Positions 1 through 13,200 of a stretch of DNA of 64,000 bases are shown here, one piece after another (the stretch's first letter is position 1; each line of letters starts with the position of its first letter). The notes beneath the pieces were generated by a model. The model saw nothing but the letters and a program-made list of their open reading frames with translations. It had not been told where the DNA came from and searched no databases. This DNA is from Azolla caroliniana (Eukaryota > Plantae > Polypodiophyta). The position numbers and the translations under genes were made by a program. The stretch is taken from assembly GCA_043228905.1 (NCBI GenBank), contig JBHGNT010000005.1, forward strand, positions 1 through 64,000. The letters run 5' to 3'.

Positions 1-1963
1 GGAATTTGATAGATTAGAAAGTCATAAGGAATAGAGACATTGTGTTTATGGAAGATAAGACAATCGAAGATTGGAAGTAATGACAACTAGTGTTATCTTC
101 TCACCCTATTGATGTTATAGATATTGTGTTTTTTGACACAAACCTTGTACATCTTGTTAGTGTATAGTAGTCAAATGATCTTTAGCAGGAAGATGTGCAA
201 GATGTAAATTATGATGATGAGTTGCTAGAAACAACCGAGACTGAGACGATTGTTGAGTTGAGAAGATATATCCTCTCAGATAGTGACAAAGTTCCTCAAG
301 ATATCTTGCCATTGAGTATGTATTATTGACTGATGACGGTGAGCAATAATGCTATGAGGGAGCTATGTTTGATGTGCAAAGGAGAGGGTGGTACAATCCC
401 ATGGAAGATGAGATAAATTCCTTACATGAGAACCACACTTATGACTTGGTGAAATTGTCTGAGGGAAAGAGAGGTCTTAGGAACAATTGGGTTTTCAAGT
501 TGAAATTTGGAGAAGATTGTTGTCCACCTAGATTCAAAACCCGTATAGTGGTGAAGAGTTTCTAGCAGAAGAAGGGTGTGGACTGTGATGAGATTTTCTC
601 TCTAGTTGTAAAGATGGCATCTATTTGAGTTGTCCTAAGCCTTGCTGTAAGTATGAATCTAGAGATTGAGTAGCTAGATGAGATATACATGGAGCAACTT
701 GAGGGTTTTGGGATCAAGGGAAAAGAGAAGCTTGTATGTAGATTGAGGAAGAATTTATATGGGTTGAAACAAGGTCCTCGACAATGGTACAAGAAATTCG
801 AATCCTTCATGACAGATCATGCACTCCACAAGATAGAAGCTAAGCATTGGGTGTTTGTGAAGAAGTATCATGAAGATAATTTTCTTATTGTTTTGTTTTA
901 TGTGGATAATATGTTGGTTGTTGGTCTTGATGCTAATAAGATTGCAAGTTTGAAGAAAGCTATGAGTAAGTATTTAGTTGTAAAGGACTTAGGCCTTGCA
1001 AAACAGATATTGTGGATGCATATAGTGCGTGACAGGACGAAAAACATGTTGTGGCTATCACAGGAGAGATATATGACAAGGGTGTTGCAAAGATTTAACA
1101 TAGATGAGGCTAAACCTGTTAGCTCTACATTGCTAGTGGGCATGACCTGAATTCCGATTGGTGTGCTAAGAGTGAGAAGGGTAAAGCAAAGATGAAGAAG
1201 GTGCCTTATGCTTCAATCGTGGGTAGTTTGATGTATGTTATGGTTTGCATTAGGCTAGATATTGCCTTTGTTGTTGGGTTTGTCAGTCGATTCATGAGTA
1301 ATCTTAGAAAGGAGCATTGAGCTATAGTTAAGGAGATACTCAAGTATCTCAGAGGCGCTTCGAGTGTATGCTTAAGGTATGGTCCCTGAGAACCTATGCT
1401 TAATAATGGCTTTACAGATTTTGACATGTCGAGTGATGGTGATTCAAGTGGATCCACGTCAGGTTATGTGATGACATATGCAGGGGTAGTTGTATCATGG
1501 GAATCAATATTGCAAAAGAGTGTGGCTTTTTCAACCACAAGAGGCTGAGTATATGGTTGTTGTTGTTGAGGCAAGTTGGGAGTGAAGCAAGACACGTTCT
1601 TACTTCGTTGTGACAATCAGAGTGTCATCCATGTTGCCAAGAATGCAACCTACACTCTCAAACCAAGCACATACAGAGAAGGTTTCATTGGTTGCGAGAG
1701 AGGTTAGAAGATGAAGACTTTGCTTTAGTGAAGATCCACACCAATGACAATGGGCCAGATATGTTAACAAAGTCGATTGTCGCATGAGAGTAGGCTTGGT
1801 TGATTCTCCCATATAAGAGTGCAGGGAGAGTTTGTTTTGTTTTCCCTCCTCATGGGAGAAGAAGTCCAAGTGATACTTGGACATTGCTGAAAAGGGTCGA
1901 AAGGCTAGAAAGGGTCGTAAGGTCGAAAAGGGCCGTAAGGCTGAAAGTTGAAAGCATATACAT

Positions 1964-2022
<59 letters not shown>

Positions 2023-2240
2023 ACTTTCGGCCTTCATAGGTGAAGACTGTCATCTTGTGTGTGTTCTTCCATGTTCCTATCTCCGTTGTTCCACCTATTT
2101 TGTTGGTTGAAGACTGTCATCAAGGTTGTTGCCTTGATGTTCGGATATTTTCAAAGAGATATCTTGGGAGGTTGTACCCACTCGTACATTGACTTAGAGT
2201 GGAAGTTTTTGGTACCACTATATACCTCGGTGCAATTACA
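1..2240 (+). mobile_element. Decayed Ty1/copia LTR retrotransposon, 3' part (integrase C-terminus, RT, RNase H, PPT, putative 3' LTR about 1833-2240)
   Basis: Fragmented ORFs carry copia RT motifs (NHTYDLVKL, LYGLKQGPRQWY, FYVDNML, VPYASIVGSLMY) and RNase H remnants, with many stops and frameshifts. A purine tract GCAGGGAGAG (1821-1830) followed by TT precedes TG at 1833. The right LTR end at ...ATTACA 2240 is tentative. Confidence 0.85.
1966..2018. repeat. (CA)n microsatellite inside the putative LTR
   Basis: Uninterrupted ACAC run visible in the sequence. Confidence 0.95.
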
Positions 2241-2409
2241 TGTTAATTTATGGGATTAAGCCAATATAACTTGATGTAAATTCAGAGAATTGGATTTTAA
2301 GGTGACCTTTCAATTGAAAATTTTGATATATAATATAATTTTGATAATTTAGTTTGATTTATGATGTATTTTGAAAAATAAAAGTGGTAAAAATTGGTAA
2401 AAATAGGTA

Positions 2410-2597
2410 TATAGTGGCATTATGGTAAATAAGTTTAGGTTTAAGGGTACTACGGTAAATAAGGCTTGTAGATTTGAGTATAGAATTACTTTATAAAGTG
2501 TATTTTTTTGGACATAGGGATAGTTTGATAAATTTGGAACTTCCAGGGTATTCTGGTAAATAGACGAACTTCCAGGGGTATCCTGGTATTTTTCCCT
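2410..2597. mobile_element. Possible Mutator/MITE-type terminal-repeat remnant upstream of the TIMMDC1-like gene
   Basis: Repeated GG(G)TA..GGTAAATA motifs end in GGGGTATCCTGGTATTTTTCCC, which resembles plant MULE-type TIR ends. No partner TIR or TSD was found. Confidence 0.3.
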
Positions 2598-2748
2598 AAA
2601 TTATAATAATGGTATCAGGAAATGGGGCTAAGCCATGCTTTGAGCCTTGAACGATGGAAAGAGCTACGAGTTTATGTCGACTGGGGGGGTTTTATTTCCT
2701 CCTTTGGAACACATCAAAACACAATGATCTCAGTACTCGAGCGTTAAG

Positions 2749-5221
2749 ATGGCAGCCTCCACCGAAGAAAACACTGCAGATACAAGTAAACCGGTGAATT
2801 CCCCCCCTCTTTTTTCTCTTCTGCATTTCATTTTCCTGGGTTCATTTCTTTCGTCTTCCGTCATTTTCGTGATTGTGGGCAACGGGACTTTATGTAGCCA
2901 TCATTGATTCCAACGGCTGAATTGGAAGATTGGGGTGTGAAGACCACTTTTGGAGTGCTCGCTGGCATGATCTATGGAGGATGTAAAGAAGCTATGGTCT
3001 TCTCTGTGAGTACACATTAACCCTAATGTCCTCTTTACAAAATTGGTACGAAAAAGAAGCAGCAGTGTATGTGTTCTCAATATGTATGTTTTTTGTGTAT
3101 CTATATGCATATGTGTATCTGTATCTGTATGTATTGTGTATATATATGTATGCGTGTATGTTCTATCGACATGTAAATGTAAATGTATATATATGATGTA
3201 TGTGTGTGTGTGTTTTGTATTTTACATTATTTATATATGGAATTAGTTTCGGTTCTAACGCTCTTTGGGTTCGGGAATCGTACAGGAGAAAGAAGAGATG
3301 TTGTTGTCTCAACATTCGATAGAGAATGATCATTTAAAGCGGCGCAATCTTCTAAGGCTTATACAAGAAGAAAAAGTGCTGAGGGTTGCGAGAGGGACAG
3401 CAATGGGAGGTGTGAAACTTGGCTTGTTTTCTGCTTTGTTTTGCGGCACCGAGAAGTACTTAGCACATATAAGAAGCTCACATGACACCTTCAATGTGGT
3501 CGCTGCCGGAGGCTTGACGGCTGCCACAGTTGGCCTCTTATGTATGTCACATTAACCTCCTACGTTGCTTTAAATGTTTGACTTTCCTAGATATTTTTTG
3601 ATACTACCATATGTACTTGCAATCTTATAAATGTGTATTTAAAAGTGTCGTAGAATACAGTATTACTTACTGAAAGAATATTTTTGTGAGAAATAGAAAA
3701 TATGCTTCAACATTTTTGGATTGAGCTTTGTATCAATCACGCAATGAGCTCATGCACATACAAATGTAGGCATCTTAAAAGGCAATAAAGTGTATTCATT
3801 TTGTAATGTAATGGCTCTTTCGTATTGGACCAGTGGCTCAATATCTTAGCATATGCAAGAAAATTAAACTTCAGAGACATTTGATATCATCAAAGGATTC
3901 ATTATACTTCAGTGATATGTATTCAATCTTTTTCATTTTGTATCTATGTATATTGAACCAGTGGCTTTATATATTAGCACATGCAAGTAAATGAGACTCT
4001 AAAGACATTTCTTGGAAGCTTCAAAGGATTCATTGTACTTCACTGATATGTATTCAATTTTTTTCTTTTCATATCAATATTTCATTGCCTGCATGTGTGT
4101 GTATGAGCATGTATTAAGTATGAATGCCTGGATGGCTAAAATGCTTTTGATGCTATACTTTTGGCATCATTTTTCTTACCTAGTTATAGCAACACCCATT
4201 CACTTTGAGTTGGCCAATTCTTGGTTGGTTGTATTTATATCTTAAATGATGAAAAGAGTCAGTATTAAGAGTGTTCTCTCTATTTGTATGATTCCCCACC
4301 GGATTTTAAATTATGTTGCTCCCGTTTCAGATAATATTAATGTGAGTTTAATAACTATGTCATTATTGCTGGTATAGTTAATTTATCTGGGCAATGCATG
4401 ATAAATAAGGCAACTTAAAACTGACGATACTAATAGATGCTTGATTTTCTTTGTTCTTCAGTTTCAGTTTTGGAGGAACTCGTCTCTTCTTCTTTTGTTT
4501 ATATGCAGTTATATGTAAATGTGTGTTTGTGTGTGTGTATGTGTATACATAATACAAGAACATATAATGCATCATTAAAATCTAATTAGCAAATATGAAA
4601 GTCAAACATGAAATCTTACATCCAAATCATAAACAAACAGTATATTCTGTAACATGTTGGCCGAGTTCTCATTGATCCCATGATGTTTTGTTTATAAAAG
4701 TCAAGATCTAGGTTAATATTAAAATCTCCTCTCCATCATTTTAAAATAGAAGTGGATAGCATAACTAAATGAAGTCCTTTTTTCTCACAAAAAGGTGAAA
4801 CTTCCAGAGCGAAAATAACATTTCAAATGTCTTTTCTCAGTGCCAGGTTCATTCTCTTGGCGGATACGATCGGCTTTATTAGGCTCGGTGTTGGGTGCTA
4901 CATTTGGTATACCTTTAGGTGAGTGAGCCGTTTTGATATCGTTTCGACAAAAAAATGAAATGATTGATTTTTATTTTTATTTTTGAGGAAATTATATTGT
5001 CCTAAAAGTGTTGGATATATAGATATAGATATATGCTTATATGATATTAAATTTGTTTATGTCCATCAGGCTTTCTTCAAAGTACCCTCAATACACAATT
5101 AGAGAGGATGAATGTAGTTGATATGCATCCATTGGGGCAAAAGCAAGAGGACGCTGGTGTGCCACATGACTCAGTTGGCGATGTGATTGAACGTCTCGAG
5201 AAGAGAGTTTCTCGAAAGTGA
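2749..5221 (+). CDS. Tim17/Tim22/Tim23-family membrane protein, TIMMDC1-like (resembles Arabidopsis At5g63000 type); 5 exons, 212 aa
   Basis: Exons 2749-2793, 2898-3005, 3286-3541, 4841-4918 and 5070-5221 all have GT-AG borders, stay in frame and total 639 nt. The translation includes GVLAGMIYGGCKEA, RVARGTAMGGVKLGLFSALF, RSSHDTFNVVAAGGLTAATVGLLLPGSFSWR and LGSVLGATFGIPLG, the glycine-rich TM pattern of this family. Orthology is from recalled similarity only. Confidence 0.85.
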
Positions 5222-5599
5222 AACTTCCTTTAATAGGCAATTGGAGGTGTTGTTCCTCAATACTAAATAAAGAGTGTTAGGGTCTTAACAGGATGTAGTT
5301 AAAAGGCTATTTACTTTTATCGTCCAAATTTCCCCTAATGCTAATCTATTCTATGGTTAAACCTTGCATTTGGGTCCTATTTTTTCCCTATTGCTAAGCT
5401 TTCCAAGGATGCACTATTTTCAAAAGGTGATACAAGTTTTTAATGAAAGTACTTGATGTGACTCGTGATCAGACCTACAAAGTAACTATATCTTCCTCAG
5501 AGATACACTAATTTATGCTTTGAAAATTATGATTTTGTTATTCACTTATTTGAAAAATATGTGATATTTTTGTCAGGGAAACCATCCTTATCACACAGA

Positions 5600-6068
5600 C
5601 ATGATATGTTCGAAGAACAGAAGTATCAAGACATGCATTTATTTCCATTTGAGAATGTGAATGAGGAGTTTTACTTCCTAATAGGGGATCTATTTCTGTG
5701 ATGTAAGAATAAGCGGAATAACTTCAGTTTTTTTTATATCAACCTATGTTTTATGCAATGATCAGTTCTAGTGTTAATATTTCATATGTGACCTATGTTA
5801 GAGCTGCCACCTGGATGGTACCATCATGAATGTAATAGGTATGCATTTATGAATGTAATAGGTATGCATTTTGGTCATCTATATGACAACATAAAATTTA
5901 TGGAGGATCAAATCAATGAAATTTGGCAACTAGCTTATTTTTTAACATTTGCTCTTTGTTTTCTTTTATGTGCTACCATTTTTGAACCCCCCAACGATGT
6001 GATTAGGAGGATGACATGTAAGGATTGCTAATTTATATAGGTTGCTCACACAGCAACGTTAATATACC
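5600..6068 (+). repeat. About 450-bp non-coding segment present three times (here, about 53675-54129 and about 58425-58870)
   Basis: Shared blocks include TGTGATGTAAGAATAAGCGGAATAA and GTTAGAGCTG(C/G)CACCTGGATGGTACCATCATGAATGTAATAG. Confidence 0.85.
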
Positions 6069-6806
6069 ATCATCATCATCATCATCTCTCAGATACAAAT
6101 AATTAAGAAATTGAGGTGATTAGTAGGTAATTCTTGACATTGAGGAATTAATATGCCCACCGATCATGTGTTGGTGATGTGCGCAAGCTTGTAGCAACAA
6201 AACATAAGAAATGAACAATGACCTTTTGAGCATGTGGTCATGAGCATCTCAAATCTCTGAATGAGATGAAATACAAGAGGAATTTGGGAATTGCCATTTT
6301 AGAATTAAAGTCACGAGTCTTTAATTGGTAATGCATTTGGAGACAAGGAGTCTAGTGCTTTACACAAAGATACACCACCTCAAAGATCGATGGATGAAAA
6401 ACTTGTGCAATTGTGTCTTTACCGTCCTACAAAGTCTATGGTTTAGAAGACATTGTGCAATTATTTTGTGTCTCTACTACAATCATGGGGGTGGGGAACT
6501 AATGATGATAGATACAAAAACGGCTGCATGCTAAAGGTTTATGTGGAGCGAACACTTTGTGACACCAGGAGGGGATTGTAAGACATTTATATGGCGATCA
6601 ATGATGTCCATTGGGTGAGGTAGGCTCTCTTGATGAGTCCTCCTGTCCATCTATCCATCCATCCGAGTATGTGTATGTGTGTTTTGTCCTATCTTATGTG
6701 GATGTAGTGCAGAGTGAGGTGGGGTAAGAGAAAGCAAGAAAGATATATTAACGTCTTCTAAGACCAAAATTGGGCCAAGAGACTAATATATATATTACAT
6801 TTATAG

Positions 6807-6866
6807 CATAGGATTCGAACCCTATACCTCCACATTAGTAGTTTGAAACCTTACCGCTATACTAAC
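6807..6866 (-). other. tRNA-derived SINE head or pseudo-tRNA with Pol III A and B boxes
   Basis: The minus strand reads GTTAGTATAGCGGTAAG (A-box-like) ... GGTTCGAATCC (B-box consensus) at tRNA-like spacing. No convincing cloverleaf was found. Confidence 0.55.
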
Positions 6867-7202
6867 ACATCATGAGAATGAAGCCATAGATAGATGCAAC
6901 TATACATGTATTTATACAATGAATCACAGTCAGAATGTTGTGTAGGAGAGGCATTTATACGACGTATAAAAAAGGCTCGCTACGACGATAGAAGAAGAAT
7001 CAGAATTAGCCGAGATCGAGAGAAGAAGCAGCAGACTAAAGGAAGGAGAGAGAGCGAGCAGTCGAAATCGAGTGGGAATAAGACCGACAAGAAGAAAGAA
7101 AGCCTGTCAGAGGATCCAGAGAGTAGCAGCAGAAGAAGACCAAGAGGAATCAGCCGAGAGCAAGAGAGAGAAGAAGAAGAAGTAAAAAGAAGGAAGACGA
7201 AG

Positions 7203-10200
7203 ATGCAGGATGTTGGACTGGAAGCGAGAGAAGCTGCAATTCGAGAAGTGGCCAAATTGTTGCCATCTCCTTCCTCGTTGTCTTCCATTGCTTCTATTCG
7301 ATCTGATTATCTTCAACGCCTACAGGTAAAGAATTCATCATTCCGCACGTATATGTACACGCCTCTCTCTCTCTCTCTTATATTGGCTTCTTGTTAACTT
7401 GAAATGTGGACCTTTTCATAATCATTTGTTTCTCACACAGACGTATATGCATTTTCTATTTCCTTTTCTGTGGAATTGTGGTTCTTGTCATTACCATTTA
7501 TTGCACATATACATTGATTCTTCTTCTTTTTCTCTAGAATTGTGTTTTTTTAGCAGTCATTCATTTCCATACATACATATATTCTTGTTCCCTTGGAATG
7601 TGGTTCTTCTGGTCATCATTCATTAACGTATAGATAATTGACCTTTTTCTTTCTTTCTGCGTCCAATCAAATGTTGTTTCTTTTCACCTTTGATTGATCC
7701 ATTCACCATATCTTGTGTTCTGATCCTTCAGGCCAATGATTCTCAGCTCAATACAAGTGTCTCGACTCAGGTACTGCTCTTCTTGTGAATGGAGTGAAGA
7801 AGCTTTTAATGAAATGAACAAACTTTAAAAGACAATGACTAGTAATGAAAGCTGGTGAAAACATTGATACAAAGTTCTCCTTTTACTGCATAATAAATTT
7901 AGAACAAACTCTATGCATATAATTGGATTCACAGAGTTACCCAATTACATCTATTTTGCTGGGAAATTTCTCTTTACTTACTGGCGGATTGTTTCCTTGT
8001 CATGCATGAGTTAATAGGAAAATATGAGAAAAGTATTACATACATATGCATACTTAGGCCTTATTAGTCATTAGAGAAGCTATAACTTGACCATTTGGCA
8101 TAAGCTCTCTAGGCAGTAGTATCAATCATTAGAGACAAGAGATATCAGCCTTTTGCCATATGTTCTCCAGGAGTTCGCATGATTCAATAGAGAAGCTAGA
8201 GGTTGGGCATTGAGTGTAGTATGAATCACTTGAGAACCTATATATTGGCCATTTGGAATGTGGTCTCTAGGATGTCTGCATCACTAGAGAATCTAAAGAT
8301 TGTCCATTTGGTGTATGATCTCTAGTATGTGCTTTTCATTAGAGAAACTAAAAATTGCTAATTCTGTCATAATATGAATCATTTGAAAAGCTAGACCATA
8401 GCCATTTAGCATGTGGTCTCTAGGACATGTGAGCCATGAAGATTAGAGATTTGGCATTGTCTGCATCATATTGAGGCTAGATATTTGGCATTTAGCATAT
8501 GATGTTTAATAAGATTAAGTTGCCGGAGCAGCTAGAGACTGGCAATGTGCTGTAGTAAGTATGTATCATTAAAGAAGCCAGATATTGGCCATATGGTCTC
8601 TAGTATGTAAGAGTTATTAAGGAAGCTAGAGTATTGCTATTTGGTGTATACCTGGACAGACAATGAGATTGGATATAGAAAGGGACTACTGCCTTTTGAG
8701 CACAACCATTAATATATATGCTCATCTTTGGTCATTAGAGATGGGTGCTCCTGCTCTATGATGATAACGGTGGAAGAAATGGTCTTGTAGATGCAGCTCC
8801 AAGCCCATGGGCGTTAATTATGTCTAGGTCTATTATATGATATATATAAGACTCAGAGCAGGTGACTTGTCTCAGGTCAGTTGTTGGTTGGGTTAGTGAG
8901 TATTTAATTTGGGTTCTATCCTTTCATAAATGTTTGGCTAATTGCTCATTTAATTACTTGATTCAAAACGAATTGCTACCATATAATTAGAAACATCTAG
9001 TAAAAAAATTAAAATTATGTGCCACTGTTTTCTATTAATAATATTTGTTCACGGGAAGCTCCAAAATGTAAATTTTAGTGAATGAGGGTTATCTTCTTCT
9101 CGTGAGTGTTTTAAGTCATAAATATTCCTGTAAAGTGCAGCAGCATAGTAACATGGTCAGATGTAAAAATCAGTATTTGGTTGTAGGGGAAGAGGCAGAT
9201 TTGAGAGTCTTCTAAAACCATTTCACGTTGGGGCAGTTTTCCAGTTCACATGCTTGAAAACTATGCATATTTTAATATTCTTGGGATTTGTCATTTGCAC
9301 CGAAATTCGTTGTCTGGATACACTGCAAGAAAACCTGAATTCATTGCCTCCGATGGTGGTGTCTTGGTTTGAGCATTTTCTTCTTGGAAATTCTTTAAGC
9401 GTGTGAATTATTTTTAGATTCTATCTGCATTTGTCTGCTTGGTTGGTTTTTTATTCCTAGTTTATGACCATTATGCATAGGTGGAGCAAGCAAGATCTGG
9501 AATTGAAGCTCTTAATACTTCCCAAATAACAATCACACAACTGCGAGACAATTTCGCTTTCATTGACAAGTAAGTCTTATAAATCCTTGGCAGATTATGT
9601 TCTGTGATCTGAAACACTGTAAAGGAAACATTCCAACCATCCAAATTATGAAAACCAGAGTTTATTAAACCAAGGAACGCCATTACAGAAGGATAAACTA
9701 ATCTTCTGCGTGGAAAGTTTTTGATTTCTTTATTTTATTGCTATGCTGCTTGTTGAAATTCAAAAATTCAACATGATTGTATGTGTTATGTTTTGGCTGT
9801 AATTTTTGCAATTCAGTGTTAAGGGCGGATTGTCAATCTTTTAATGATCAGAGTGGCATATATAGACTGTGTGCTCACATTTCAGTTTGGATTTTTATAA
9901 TTCCATACTCTTTGACTCTTATTTCCCATTGGTCCATGGTTAATCTTTTATGGTCAGAATGGCATATACTTCTGTAAATTTTCCTGTTACGGCCACGTAA
10001 GCACACACTTCAAGTTGAATGTTTGTAATTCAATAACGTTGACTCGCAATTGCCTATTTATGCACAGTTAATCTTTTCATGGTCAGAATGGCATATAAAG
10101 AACTTGTTTTGTAAGGTTACCTTTTTGTTGCTACATTAGCCACTTATAACCTGCATATCATCTTTTAATATGATATTGTAATTTATCCTTTTCAGGTTAT

Positions 10201-13200
10201 GTCAGGATTGTCAATCACTGATTGATCATCATGATCTTATTAAGCTGCTAAGTAATGCAAGGAATAATCTGAATACTACATTGAAGGTTTGTATTAAGAA
10301 ACCACTGTTCTATATTTTTGTATATGTGCTGGACGGGTCCTTTAGTATCCACCATGAGCATGTAATTCATCTATTCACTTAGAAAAACTAAATTATTGCC
10401 ATATTTTTGATGATCATGCATTTTTTTCTTTATTGATTGACATGCAACAAATTAAGATCTTATTCGAAGTAGTTAGATTTTATCTGAAGTGAGACATGTG
10501 TTCTGTGATTTAGGTCTTCATGTTTACACAGAATCAAATCACATTGTTATCTTGTAACTCTAAAGAGATTGGATATGCCCACTGCTACTTGTACTTGATC
10601 ATTTGTGGGAGTGCGACATGCATTCTGTGATTTGATTCTATATTTGTATGGGATTTTCATGTTTACACATGAGGCATGATAGATATTGACATGGGAATGT
10701 GGCCACAAATTTCATTATGAAGGAAAGAGGAAATTTCAAGAACAAAAAATCTCTGTTATCAGGTTGTTTGCCAGCCTATCTCTGATATCTTGATTACGGG
10801 TTAGATATTCAGCATTTGTATTTCTGTGTACACAACTCCTTTGCAAGCTCCATGTACTCAATGTGGGAGATTGGAAGCTTGTGAGTGCCATTTATTTTGT
10901 ATAGATTTCTAGTCCTCAGAAAAGGATATGCTTTTTGTGAGGTTTGGACTGTAATTTTGTATCAGTAAAAATGCATTTTGTTAGTTTGATGCAATACGGG
11001 GCTTGCTTTTAAAATAATTGGTTCCCAATTTAAAAAATTGAAGCACACAAAATAAATTATTAACTTTTTTCATTAATGAACTAAAGCAGCACATAAAAAC
11101 GCCTTATAGTTTGGAGTCTGGATACACGATGCAAACCAATGCTGGTGGGTTTATTCTAATGGGTAGAGTCTGATTATCCTATATTAAGCAGTTTTAATAG
11201 GCCCTTGTTTTTATTTGCAAAATGCTGTAAAAAGAAAGAGCCTAGGGTTTAATTCATGGCCACTGTTGGGGTTTTCATGTTTTAGTTGATGTTTATGATA
11301 AATACAAACATCATAAACATTAAAAATCATAGTCATCTATGGAATAAAGATGCATGTACTTACTAGATGACTTTCCTGGGTATGGATAGTCATCTATGGA
11401 ATAAAGAAAAAAACTTACTATAAAGCTGAAGGACTATCGTTTTCTACTTTTCTACTTTTATAAATAGACGAGCTTCCTGGGTATGGACAGTCGTCTATGG
11501 AATAAAGAAAAATACTTATTATAAAGCTGAAGGACTACTGTTTTTTATTTGTCTCTATACGCATCTTATTGGAAATGTATCTAGCATTATATATTGCATC
11601 AAATATGTTTTAATACATTTTCTTATGAACTGTAGGATGTGGAAGGAATGATGTCAATATCTGTAGACGCTGCTGATGCAAGGGAATCTTTAGCTGATGA
11701 CAGACAGCTCGTGAACACATTTGAGGTCTAGAAACACTATGCCATTTCTATGGTTAATGCATCTCGCAATTAAAAGACAAATCTGTGAACTTCTCCTACA
11801 TGTGATAATGATCAGCCTCATTGGAGCAGAATATTGAAATAGAAGATAACATCCTTCATTGATGGGAAGCTTTCTTTGATGTTGCAGAAGCTTACTGTGT
11901 TAGAAGGTAAAAGACGTTTTGCATTAGCTACAGCATCATCCCGTAAAGAGGAGGCCAGCAAACTAAGGTTTCCATCTCCTACTTTAGTACTCAATTGTAG
12001 TTAATTTCATATTTTGATGGAAGCTTAAACCTGAATTGATGTTTTATATCTTTCAGTGAGTACTTTGAAGATGTGAACAGGACCAGGGAGAAGTTTGAGT
12101 CAACACTTTGGGGGTATATTGGAAACTTCTTCAAACTCTCTAAGGACAGGTAATAATTGATTCACTCGTATGGGAAGTATATTTAGTTTCAAGAGTCATG
12201 CTGATACCTTCTTTGGGAGTCCAGTGTTGTGTGTAACATATTGAATAGCTCGACAATGTTGTCATTGTCAACGCCTTCTATATACCTATTGTTGAAATGA
12301 CTAGCATGTGATTGCATCTGTTTTTCAGCCTGAAGTATGCAAAGAGAAGAACATAGATGTGCTTATGACTATCATATAAAAAAAGCAATAACCATATAAA
12401 TAATTCTGAATAAAAACCTGAATATGTTATATATTCGCATAGGTTGAGCATAATGTAGCTGGTTGAGAGATTTCCATATTGTCTGTAAAGCACAAAATAT
12501 AACCCTGGAAAAAATATGCCAAGGGCTGAAGGTTCCAAACAGCAGACATCTTACCGAACTTATAATCAAGAAACTATAGTTGAAGGTAACAAGTGACTTG
12601 TAAGATGGTAATTGTTTGAGTACAAGTAGCTAGCAGGCTTTTACGCCAGAGGACAGGATGTGTCAAGAAGAACTTTACATATAGGAGCATTACATTTGCA
12701 GGTACATAGCCTATATGAGATTAAAAGGCATTTTACCTCATTTGTGGACATGTTTTAAGACCCTTAGCTCAGGCCATGTGTTGAGAAGCAAGCTCAACAT
12801 GGGCCGTATCGGCTGAATAAGCCGAGAGCTGGATTGGATGAAGACCAATCGGCGAGGCCCGGATCCGCTGAAAAAGCCGGGAGCCGGATCGGCGTTGAGC
12901 CGGCAAGCCTGTGGGACTGATATTCCTCCAAGGATTATTTTTGGGAGTTAGTATCAGTAGCTCATTTATGAGAATTGAAGTACTTGTTTGTCCTTTTAAG
13001 GACTTGTATAAAAGTGCTCACTAAGCATATTGTATGTATAGAGTGTTGTTATTATTTTGAATTCATTTTTCATCTTCTGCTCTTCCTCTGTCTCTCTCGC
13101 TCTCTAAGTAGTATCTCTATGTTTTCTCAAGTTCTGTTTTCTGTTCACCTGTGGAGCCGGTAGTATCCGAGTCTGTTCGTTTTAGATTCCGCACGTAATA

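Noticed and set aside
5795-6534. Short ORFs in the TIMMDC1-SEC6 spacer that recur in the duplicate
   Set aside because: Their recurrence is explained by the recent duplication, and they show no domain features or splice structure.
6894-7202. In-frame 103-aa charged N-terminal extension of SEC6 (ORF 6894-7397)
   Set aside because: The region is purine-rich and low-complexity, so it avoids stops by composition. SEC6 similarity starts at MQDVGLEA (7203), and the equivalent upstream ATG in copy 2 is followed by a stop. Most likely 5' UTR or promoter.
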